A stretch of 34,556 bases of DNA, taken from Spirogloea muscicola (lineage: Eukaryota). The DNA is taken from positions 1,271,655 through 1,306,210 of the forward strand of contig WELB01000005.1 of NCBI GenBank assembly GCA_009602725.1, written 5' to 3'. Below the pieces are notes generated by a model. The model had not been told where the DNA came from. It searched no databases and worked only from the letters and a program-made list of their open reading frames with translations. Below, one piece after another: positions 1-10,759 of the stretch. Position numbers and translations under genes: made by a program. Within the stretch, counting starts at the first letter, position 1. The number at the start of each line of letters is the position of its first letter.

Positions 1-80
<80 letters not shown>
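1..80. repeat. Poly(A) tract, at least 80 nt, running off the window edge
   Basis: Bases 1-80 are all A. Confidence 0.95.
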
Positions 81-81
<1 letters not shown>

Positions 82-458
82 GGCAGGCACGGGCGGGCGC
101 GCTCGCGCCGGCCAACGTAAGTAAGCCGCGCAGGCCGGGCCGCGGCCGTGACGCCCGCCGCAAGCCGCGCCGCGACCCACGCCGCGGATCTCGGCGGCTC
201 TGCCACGGCACCGAAGTACGGGCACAGCGCAATATATTCAGAATAATACAATATCATAATAGTTTTGTGTTAGTTGGCCGGCATTGTCTCCGGGCCGTGA
301 TAAGGTCATCGCCGCTCCGTGACAGCAAGTAGTCGTTACCGGAAGGTGACTGGCCCGTGCGCGCGCGAGGCCAGCGCCGGTAATGGAAATTCATCGTGCC
401 CGTAATGGACACATAATCGCCTTAAGCGTACTAAAAGCCACGGCGCAACTGACCCCAT

Positions 459-459
<1 letters not shown>

Positions 460-496
<37 letters not shown>
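460..496. repeat. (CGG)n trinucleotide microsatellite
   Basis: About 12 perfect CGG units just upstream of the 3D-domain gene. Confidence 0.9.
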
Positions 497-497
<1 letters not shown>

Positions 498-522
498 TGA
501 GGGGCCTGACGACGTGACGTCC

Positions 523-2662
523 ATGCCCCCAATCAAGCGCGTCATCGAGTGCACGGCTTACTGCAGGTGGGCGAGCTGCCGCTGCTGCCGCCGCCGCCGC
601 TACCGCCGCCGCCGTAGCCGCCGCCGCCATGGCTGAGCTGAACCGGCCTGCCTGCGCCCGCGCGCGCCGCGCCGTGAATCCCGCCGCTAGTTGCGGGTAC
701 TGCTGCAACTGGGAGTGGGGCCTCAAGCTGCCCGGCGCGTACTACGTCGGCCTGTCGCCCTCCTGGGTCCCGCTCCGTATCCGCCGCAAGTCCCGCCGCC
801 GCATCGAGACCGGCCTCCCGCTGCTCGCACGGTCTTTGCCTTGCCATTACCTCCCTCCTCCCCCCGCTACCTTCCTACAATTGGTATATAAGTAGAGTAT
901 AAGTAGAATCAAGTAGAATAAACAGCTAGCATTGTGCAGAAGTAAGTAGAAGAGGAATATCCCGAAGAAGTGGAAAGATCTGGGGCCGAGTTTTTGCTGA
1001 TTCTCCACTTACTAGTGAGCCTACGGAGGTGAGAAAGGGAAAGCACCCCCCTTTCTCAGTGTCTACGTTGTTCGGAAGCTGGGGGCAGGCTGCTCCGTGT
1101 TGTGTCGTCGGCCATCGCAGCAGAGACCCGCAAAGAGCCCAAGTGGACTAACGCTGCCACTGTCTCACGCTGGATAATGGCTTCCGATATGTGGATTGAC
1201 ATCACATTCTGATGGGTCCCGTGAGTTCGGCAGCAGCTGATGTGGGCAGCAGCGTAACCTGCGCCAGCCTGCTACGTCTTGCAGGTACTGGACGGCGACC
1301 AGCCAGCTGGGCGAGGGCTACCGAGGCCTCACCGCCAATGGCCGGATGCCGGGCCAGGTGCGTGCATATGCTTCTGACTTCTGGCCGCAGAATATGTTGC
1401 TGCAACTCACAAAGCAGCTAGAAGCAACTTGAGCTCAACAGTAGGACGAGTTGGGCTCTGACATAAGTGTAGTGGGGTGCTAGACAATGCAACAAATCCC
1501 TCGATACTGGCTACGTTACGCAGGCAAGGCCGCCCATCTTCTCGCGGCCGAGCCTGGAGCAGGCGGCGAAGATTCCAGGCCGCATCCTGCTCTTCCCATG
1601 GCGATTCCTGCCGCGGCACGGCACCATCGCCGCCGACACAGTTCACTACCCCTTTGGCACCCGAATGTACGTTCCGGGCTACGGCTGGGGTGAGGTGGGT
1701 GCTTGAGCCATACCCCACTGCACCTAGCCTGGACTTAGCATTGAGATGACTCAATGTTGCGCTGGATGGGAGGTTGTCAAACTATAAACTTCAAGTACAA
1801 AGTACAATAGAGACTGAACCAGTCAACTCTCTGTATGTGGTCAGATCGCGGTTAGAAGTTTGAAACTGCAAGTGATTGATTGAGGACTGAAAGGCCGCAA
1901 ATTGGCATTGACTTGAATCGATATTGCTTGAAGATGTGTTGGAATCTGGCTTAAAGTATGGTCCACTTAGTAATCAGTATCTAGTGATTGAGTGGTGCTT
2001 AGTACTCATTATCTGCAGTGGTGTTTCTTGCTTGGGAGCATCTTGTTGGGCCCCAGGTGGAGGACCGGGGCGGCGCTATAAAGGGTGCCTTTCGCATTGA
2101 CCTATACCACCACTCGCACCGCGATGCGCTTCAGTGGGGTCGCCGCAAAGTGCAGGTCAGCGCTGCTCTCCTTTCCATGCGCTCGTGGCATTTCTGGATA
2201 CTCTGCCGATGCTTGACCAGACAAGCCTTACTATATCAATCTTTCAGGATTATAGTAGGGTCAGCTTGTCTTGGGGTTTACGCAGCTCAGTCACTGAGCA
2301 CCATTGATGCTGAGATGCTGAACCAACAATCCCGACCTGGTAGCTCCTTGGATTAGACTACGTGTCTCTATGCCTGACATGCTGTAAGCTGAAGCCCCAG
2401 TTGACACCTCCAAGACGGTCAGGAGTGCGTCAGATTAGACTGCTAGTCTGCACAACCTGGCCGATCATTGATGGGCTTCAATGTGTCATGCTAGTTAGAA
2501 CGCGGCCAACTTATCGTGCATGCTACTCATCCTTATGCTCTGCGCGCTTTGCAGGTTGTGGTAGTCCTGCCAGGGCAGAGCCCCTTGGACCTCATGCGCG
2601 CCCCGAAGCCAGTCAAAGTTGTCCTCAAGGCTTTCAGCTGGTTGCGCGGCCTCCTCTTCTGA
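523..2662 (+). CDS. 3D (Asp-Asp-Asp) domain protein, MltA/lytic transglycosylase-like, about 211 aa; 6 exons: 523-566, 691-831, 1285-1357, 1524-1694, 2057-2155, 2555-2662
   Basis: GT-AG splicing gives one open frame: [25 protein letters not shown]...GLTANG...[60 protein letters not shown]...LRGLLF*. The [23 protein letters not shown] and ALQWGRR motifs match the 3D family. 523 is the first in-frame ATG after a stop at 403; the true start is uncertain. Confidence 0.88.
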
Positions 2663-3538
2663 GCATGCCCACGCTGGCGCTCGCCCAGGGGCTGTCTCTA
2701 GCTGCTCTGCACATATGCCCATGGACCTTCTGTGCTCAAAGGCGCTTCCAGAAGCCCATTTGGCTCTACGCGCAATCATTCTTTACTGCTACTATCGCTA
2801 ACACTCATGGAGCATTGGCGCACTATTTGCCAGCTCGAGACCCTCCTGCCCATTCCTCGATGAAGACTCCATCATTGTCGTCCTTCCTCTTCCTATCGCA
2901 TCTGGAGCCCACTCCTCTAGCGCTCACTCTTTGGGTTGTTCCCTCTCCTTCTAGTAGCACCGAGTCAAAGGAGGGGCCTGGCTAGGTGAAGTCGAGCAGA
3001 ACCACTGGGAGCTGGCCCTTGCGCAGGTCGGGCGATCGAGCCTCGGTAAGCCCACACAAGTAAGTCACAAGCTGCGCCTGGTGAGAAGGGGAGCTTCACT
3101 TAACGCGTAAACTTAGCCGGCTTGTTTACACCGATGCCGGACGGAATCAACTACCCTGTCCCAGACTTTTGACTGTGGCACCATGGAGAGACTTTCAAGC
3201 GCTAGCGCAAGAAAGCTGTCCCTGTGTCGTGCAGCCAGTCTGCAACTTAACCCTTCACCAACATCGGTGCCCTGAGATGCAGAGTGATGGCAAAGATCTG
3301 CAGTAACGCAACTCTGACGCAGCTCTGCAAGCATTGAGAGTGCTGGTGCAAGAAACATCGTGGAGCACAACGGCCCCGGATGGAACAGCCCCCAGGCCTT
3401 CGGGTTCTTCGGGTGTGAGCTGAAGTCCTGAGGTGTCACACAGGGTTAGGCTCTGCGTAGCGTGCTGCATGGGAAGGCCACCAGCAGCTTGCCCTGGATT
3501 GATCACGCAGTTGTGCAATGCGTGCTACACCGGCTTCC

Positions 3539-5031
3539 TCAGAGCTCGTCAGCAATGGGTGCGTCCACGCCCCCTCCACCTGCTCTTCCCTCCGCCTCGT
3601 CCTCCGCTTGCCGCTGCCGTCGCTCTTCCTCCACCTTCTTGGCGCGGCGCTCCGCTTTGCGCTCGGCCTCCAGGCTTTTGCGCCGCTCTTCCTCCTGCCG
3701 TTGGATATCTGCAGTGATCTGCTCTAGCGGCGGGTCGCCGGGCCGCCTGTACGTCTTCTCGTTGGCTTTGAACTCGTATGCCTCGTCGCGGCTGAGCACA
3801 AACTGCTTGACATCGGGCACATCGGCGTATGAATCCATGTGGAGGAGGATGGTATTGCCGTCAACGGCGTAGATGCGGGAGATGACAGAGCCCGTCTTGA
3901 GCAGCTCTGTCCACCGTGCAGCAATCTTGGACGCCTCCTCCTGTCCAATCAGAGGCAGCCCAGTCCTCAACCATGCAGCTGCATCCACCGACAGCGGCCA
4001 GGATCCAGCAGCGGCAACAGTGGCAGACACGCTGGTGTGGCGGGGCTCACGGCAGGGCGGTCAGGGTCGTATCGCAGCTTGGCGAAGCCCATGGCGGCGC
4101 CCTGGCGCGAGCGCTGCGCCTCGCGCATGGCCTCCATGGGGTCCATCTTGTTGAGGTCCTTGAACGGCGCCGCCTTGGGCCGCTTCTTGCCCCACTCCTT
4201 CCACTGCAGGCAGTGAGAGAGAGAAGAGGCGCGCGGTGCACATGAGATAAAAAGGGTGGCCAATTGCAACTTATTCACTGTTCAGGCAAGAGTTAGTGCA
4301 ACTGGGGCTTCATGAATCAAAGCACTGTACTAAGGTGGCCAAGGTAACAGCGTGACGTTAGTCCCCACGGGCGCGCAGTGGCCGCACAGCTGTGGTGGCG
4401 GCTCGGTCAGCGGCAGGAGTGCCTCCTTAGAAGACGAGCAGCGTAGAGCAGGTCTTGAGTTGTAAACCCTTCCCTCTGTCCCTCTGGCTGCCCTTCTTCC
4501 CCTCAGCTCATCTGACTTCCTGCTGCTGACACGGGGGTACTAAGAGCGCCCCGTCTGCCGAGCCCGTGGCTCTGCTAGTGTAGTCATGGACACCCTCAGC
4601 ATGCACCTGACTGGACTTTACAGCCGCTCTTCTAATATAACAGCCGCACTCTCATTTCCGTTATGTTTGCATCTGAAAGTAATCCGAAACTTAACTTCTT
4701 TCACCCTCCCACACCCGACGTTCCCTCTCCCCCCGCAGCCCTCAAGCGCTATCTAGCCGCCGAGCCATCGCTTTCAGGGCATTGTTCGCCGCTGGCATTG
4801 CCGCCACTGACCCTGCGCTCACGGACCTCCACCTCGCCGTGTGGTGGACGGACGGGGCGCAGAGCGCGCGGAGGCGGGGATGGATTGGCGCACCTCCTCG
4901 TCCTCCTCGTCGTCGACGACGTCGTCGAGCTTGTCGGGGATGTGCACGCGGCGGCGCTGCGCGCGGGCCCCTTGCGCCGCGAGCGCGCAGAGGAGCAGCG
5001 CGAGGAGCAGCAGCCTCGCCAGCGCCGCCAT
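3539..5031 (-). CDS. MESD-like (LRP chaperone family) ER protein, about 230 aa; exons 5031-4894, 4203-4051, 3940-3539
   Basis: Signal peptide MAALARLLLLALLLCALAAQG, then RRVHIPDKLDDVVDDEEDEEWKEWGKK, AMGFAKL and IAARWTELLKTGSV...YAVDGNTIL, as in plant MESD-like proteins. Ends in ADEL*. Both introns are phase 0 GT-AG. Confidence 0.85.
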
Positions 5032-5233
5032 GGCGACCGCAGGGCCTGCACCCGAGCTCGCGACTGCGGCAATGGCGGCGGCGGCCTCCCTGGCAGCGGC
5101 GCCCCGACCACCTCGCTCTTCCCACTTCAGCGCGCGCCCGCTATCGACGCACGCGCCTCAGCGTGAGGCCTTGCAGCAAGACGCGGCTGCGGCGGCGGCG
5201 GCGGCCGCGGGGGGGTTTTGAGGGGGGAGGGGG

Positions 5234-5909
5234 NNNNNNNNNNNNNNNNNNNNNNNNNNNNNNNNNNNNNNNNNNNNNNNNNNNNNNNNNNNNNNNNNNN
5301 NNNNNNNNNNNNNNNNNNNNNNNNNNNNNNNNNNNNNNNNNNNNNNNNNNNNNNNNNNNNNNNNNNNNNNNNNNNNNNNNNNNNNNNNNNNNNNNNNNNN
5401 NNNNNNNNNNNNNNNNNNNNNNNNNNNNNNNNNNNNNNNNNNNNNNNNNNNNNNNNNNNNNNNNNNNNNNNNNNNNNNNNNNNNNNNNNNNNNNNNNNNN
5501 NNNNNNNNNNNNNNNNNNNNNNNNNNNNNNNNNNNNNNNNNNNNNNNNNNNNNNNNNNNNNNNNNNNNNNNNNNNNNNNNNNNNNNNNNNNNNNNNNNNN
5601 NNNNNNNNNNNNNNNNNNNNNNNNNNNNNNNNNNNNNNNNNNNNNNNNNNNNNNNNNNNNNNNNNNNNNNNNNNNNNNNNNNNNNNNNNNNNNNNNNNNN
5701 NNNNNNNNNNNNNNNNNNNNNNNNNNNNNNNNNNNNNNNNNNNNNNNNNNNNNNNNNNNNNNNNNNNNNNNNNNNNNNNNNNNNNNNNNNNNNNNNNNNN
5801 NNNNNNNNNNNNNNNNNNNNNNNNNNNNNNNNNNNNNNNNNNNNNNNNNNNNNNNNNNNNNNNNNNNNNNNNNNNNNNNNNNNNNNNNNNNNNNNNNNNN
5901 NNNNNNNNN
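5234..5909. other. Assembly gap (676 N) between the divergent MESD-like and SR genes
   Basis: N run flanked by G-rich and (GCC)n sequence. Confidence 0.99.
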
Positions 5910-5915
5910 AAACGG

Positions 5916-5953
<38 letters not shown>

Positions 5954-6179
5954 TGGCGCGGGACGCTTTGCGATGGATGTGGTGCTCTCGTCGGCACTTT
6001 TGTAGCGGCAGCTCTGGCGCCGGCGTAACAAGCCCCTGCACACACTTCACCGCCATGGCCCGCCGCTGCATGCGGCAGCGCCACCTGGGTGGCAGCGCCG
6101 CCGCCTGCGGAGACTGCCGGCTGCCGCCCCATGGCTGACCCCTCGTGGAGCTGGTGCAGAGCAGGGGGGGACCGCCACC

Positions 6180-9100
6180 ATGAGCAGGCACAGCGTCGCC
6201 AGCCGCACCATCTACGTCGGCAACCTGCCCGGCGACATCCGCGAGCGCGAGGTCGAGGACCTCTTCCACAAGGTTTATCATTGCTTCTAAACCCTTAACC
6301 CAAGAATCCTCTGCTTGCTGCAACACTTACCAATGGCCTCCGTGCCGCGAGCGCCAGCCAATCTCCTCCTTATCAACACGTCGTATGCCTTCTATTGTTC
6401 CGTTTCCTGTACAAGGCTAGCTTTTGTGCAGTGCCGGCGTGCTTGTGGCTCCGCTAGAATGCTTATGCACACTATCTTTGTGCACCTGGCTGGCGTTTAC
6501 AGCCGCCCTTTTGATAATAGCAGCCGCTTCTTGGGGCCCCTGTGTCAATCTCTGCCTCCCTCTGCCCCTCTTGCCTCACCACTCCGTCTGTCCACCCCCA
6601 TAGCGCAGCTCTCTATGACACTCAACCGCACCCTCCCTTGTGATAGTTGTGCCTCATCCCTTCTGACCCTTTCTGTCCATCTGTCTTTACCTCCGCAGTA
6701 TGGCAGGATCAAGGACATTGACCTGAAGATGCCCCCCCGGCCCCCTGGGTACGCTTTCATCGAGGTATGCGGTGTGTCGACGCCCTGCAGCTCCCTGCGG
6801 CAGCTCATCGAGGACAAAGCCCTGAAGCTATGAATGCGGCAGGGTGCAGATTAAGCTGGCAGGGCGTTTGAGCTGGTGTCAATACTACAATAATCAAGCA
6901 TGATCACTTACGTTGAGTAGACCCTCAGATCATAATTTACATCCTATTTGACGTTGATTGTGTAGTTTGAGGATCCGCGGGATGCCGAGGACGCTATCCG
7001 CGGCCGCGACGGGTACAACTTTGACGGCTACCGCCTCCGCGTGAGCTGTTCTTTTCTGCTGCGCTCTTGCGCTTGCTGGGCTCGCAGCTGATCGCAGCCA
7101 AGGCTCTCGGCAGTGCAGCTTTGAGGCTGATCCTGCTACTGCGATATGCCCCTCACGGACGTGATGGAGGCGGGCTGCAGGTGGAGCTGGCGCATGGTGG
7201 GATGCCACGTGGGCCACCTGGCGGCAGTTATGGCGGTGGTTATGGTGGTCGAGGCGGGTACGACGGCGGCGGCGGCAGCGGCGGAGGCGGCGGAGGAGGC
7301 GGCAGCGGCGGCGGCGGCGGGTACGGCGGCGGCCGGGGCGGTGGCGTGTCGCGGCGCTCCGAGTATCGAGGTGTGCTGCATATTGCAAGCTGCCGTATGC
7401 CCTGCTGCTACCACATGTGGTTCTGCATGGCAGTGGCTGGTGCTCCACTGTTTTACCAAGTTGTCAATACATTATTATCTTTGTCACTGAAACACGTTGG
7501 TGTATAAGTTGCTCCAAGCTGAAGAAGAAGCTGCTTGGAGGCCACAATACCGATACTTCAAGTTTAATAGAGAGGCCTTGATTGCTTGAGTTGGTGCCCT
7601 TACACACTGCCTTTGCAAGTTGCTTTATTCACTGAATTGCAGACCTCTTCCCTAATTCAACCTGTTGTGATACTGCTGAACTTGCAGTGATTGTTACTGG
7701 CCTTCCAGCATCAGCATCGTGGCAGGACCTCAAGGTGGGCCAGGCTTTAGTAGTCTCCAGATCTCACATTCTTCTCATGCCAGCCAGTGCCTATTCACAG
7801 CATTAAGCCATGAAATGATGCCGACTGGAGGTTGATGGTGCCGTTTTGCATATCTTCAAATTACCAGGACCACATGCGGAAGGCTGGCGATGTTTGCTTC
7901 GCCCAGGTCTTTCGTGATGGCAATGGTGCGCTCGCGGCTGCCCTCATTGCTTCTGCAGGCGCATGCAGTTCTGCCCTCATCTTGTGCTGTTGGTCTGCAA
8001 GTGCACAGCCTGTACCTTTGTTGAGCTCTCTTGGTTGTATGACAAGAAGCGGCCACTGTGCACGTGCAGGCGCCATGGGGATTGTTGACTATGTCACAGG
8101 CGATGATATGAAGTACGCGGTACGTTGCAGCGAATTTCTTTCCGTCAACAGCACAAAGTGCTCTTCCGTTGCACTGTCAAGTCTTTTAGATCGTGGCCGT
8201 TACAGACCACTCCAGCAACCTGTTGCAATGTCGTATTGTAATTCGTCTATACCATTAGCATAACCATCTGTCGTGGGAGACTGATCTGAGATTTGCCGCC
8301 TCCTGCCTCCTTCCGTCAGATCAAGAAACTGGACGATTCAGAATTTCGGAACCCCTTCGCCAGGGCGTACATCCGCGTGAGCCACCTCAGCTACCTTCCC
8401 TCTGACCTCTTGTTCCATGTCCCTCGACAATTTTGACGTTTTATCTCACCAATCATGCAGGAGATGCATGTTGCAAGTCACTGTTGGGCAGTCAGTTGGT
8501 GATGTATCAGTAGGACAAGCAAGACAGCGCTGTTGGCACATGCATTTCCATGTGAAGCTCACTGGTTGTGTGGTCACTGTCCATACTGGCTACATCCTGG
8601 CCAGGTGAAGGAGGACAGGGGTAGTGATGCACGGCGCAGCCGCAGCCGCAGGTACGAGTAACAGTGATTCTTGCGACGTACATTTGATTGTGATTTATGG
8701 GCTCCTCACAACACAACCCTGGCATCCCTACGTTCGGAGTCATATCTTCTCGTTAACCCAAATGCATCGCAATTCTATTGAATTTTAGGCATGTCTTCTC
8801 GCGGGTTAATTGCTGATGGCCTGCTACTGTAATGTGGTGCAGCTACTCCCGCTCGCCGAGCCGGTCACGTTCGCGGTCGGCCCGCTCTCGCTCGAGGTCG
8901 CGTTCTCGCTCGCGGTCACGCTCTCCATCTCGGTGAATCTTTCAGACCTTCTTGCTGTTGTGGGTGTGTCAGCACGTATCATTAATGAAGTTGTGAATAG
9001 AAGCGTCCTTCAATGAAGGAGATGTATAATTCTCACATAGGTGTTGAGACCAAGAGTCCTACTTTGTGATGCGTGCACCAATTTTATTGTGCAGTTGGCA

Positions 9101-9850
9101 CGTTCAAAACGAGCTGATTTTCGAGAGCTGTATTGAGTCTTCAGTTGGATGCCCTTGTCACTGTCTCTCAAAGCTGTCAGCCGTGCACATAGTTGAAGTT
9201 CTGTGAAATATTGTTGATATTCACGTCTTGTGGGATGCAGCAGTTACTTATCTTCACTCATATCAATGCAGGTCTCCGTCTCGGTCGCGCTCGCGCTCAG
9301 TCTCTAAGAGCCGCAGCCCCGCTTCTAAGTCCCCACCGCCTGAAGTCGCACCTGTATGTACCATCTCCTAGACTGCAGCATATGAATGAACCAGATCTTA
9401 GAAGTTTGGCATGAGCTGAATTGAGAAGGCTAGGCAAACCCTTCCCTTATTCTCACTTGTCAAGTACTTGGGGACAGCCTGCCAAAAGTTGTTAAGACAC
9501 CGCTGACTTGGAAGTTGTGCCGCTTGCAGAAGGGCGATGGGTATATTGCACCGGATGCAAAGGAAGATGTCAAGGTTGACGGATATGTGCCTGTTGACGA
9601 AGTTGACGAGGTAAGCGCCTGCGCTGCAAAACATTGCCTTTGTTGCACATATGTAGTTTGCAAGAGCTTTCTGTTTAGCTGTGCTTGAGTGTGTGGGATG
9701 AGGCTCATACTGTGGGGGTTGATGCTAGATTGGAACTTGTCTTTACTCACTTAGTTGCACGCTGCGCAGCCACAGGATGGTGCTTCAGCTGGCGATGAGT
9801 TGAAGGATGACGAGCCTCCCACCACGGCGCCGGCAGAGGACGAAGCTTAG
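6180..9850 (+). CDS. SF2/ASF-type SR splicing factor (plant SR30/SR34-like); exons 6180-6272, 6699-6764, 6966-7040, 7181-7370, 7688-7734, 7868-7925, 8070-8119, 8320-8376, 8605-8651, 8843-8932, 9272-9353, 9530-9610, 9770-9850
   Basis: RRM1 ([72 protein letters not shown]), Gly-rich hinge, pseudo-RRM with the diagnostic SWQDLKDHMR, then an RS domain. The last two exons are less certain. Confidence 0.93.
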
Positions 9851-10759
9851 TGGTGACTGCAGAAAAAAGTTTGCGGCCAATGTGCTTGCTGGCACTGGAG
9901 GCAAGTATCCCATCAAGAGCTGGGCTGTCTGATGGCCAGTCCCATAACCTCATGTCTGACAGGAGGATGAGCTTACGCGCGAGCAACAAGGAGCAGCAGA
10001 TGGAGGAGAAGGCTTTTGCAATGTGTGCTGACCGTTCGTGACGCAGGTGCATTGGCGCAGGTTGATTCAATAAGATATAAGAGTGTGCAAACGTGCGCTA
10101 GAGTCCTGTCAAGCAGAGACAGAATATTGCTTTCTGAAGGTGCTCTCACAAGCCACTTGTGGGCAACCAAAATGTTGACATTCTTTCTGCATGTAATAGG
10201 TCTTGCTCTTTAGAAGCTGACTGAAAAGTGAAATGGTATCTTTGAAACTTGTTGTCGTTCTTATTGCATCTTAGACTGGAATAGTGCATTAGTTCCAAAG
10301 GCGTTTTCTGCATTGGCATAAGCACAAGTGCCATCGCTTCACCAATGGGTTCGTATCGGGCTGCAATCAAGGTGAAGTGCTGGGAGGGCTGTCAAATATG
10401 AGACAGGACAAAGCTCGAGTTGTAAGCGTCAGGTTGTTGATGTGTGCTGCTTGACGAGGAACAAGAATCTGCATGCCCAGTGTACACCCTCAGCAAGGGG
10501 CAGGTGATAGCCCGAAAGTCACCAATCAAATAAATGAAATGATTGCTAGCGAGGAGAAAAGGTGTGTAAGTGACTGTCAGACCATACTGTGTCAAAATTT
10601 TTAAGCTAGCTTGTGTTGTCACCTGCAGCTGCGCTGGCGATTTACTATTGATTTAATTATAGGTCGCAGCATCTTTACCTTTGTCAACAAACTAAAGTCA
10701 GCCACTGATCAAGCTATTGGGCTGAATATCAATGTATGGTTCAAACATCAACATCGACT

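Noticed and set aside
886..951. Repeated AAGTAGA units in 3D-gene intron 2
   Set aside because: Short low-complexity repeats with no further structure.
523..2662. Bacterial contamination as the source of the 3D gene
   Set aside because: Five canonical spliceosomal introns and gap-free continuity with the MESD-like gene.
4782..6326. Long ORFs of 300-407 aa in the ORF track
   Set aside because: They only read through the 676-N gap and GCC repeats.
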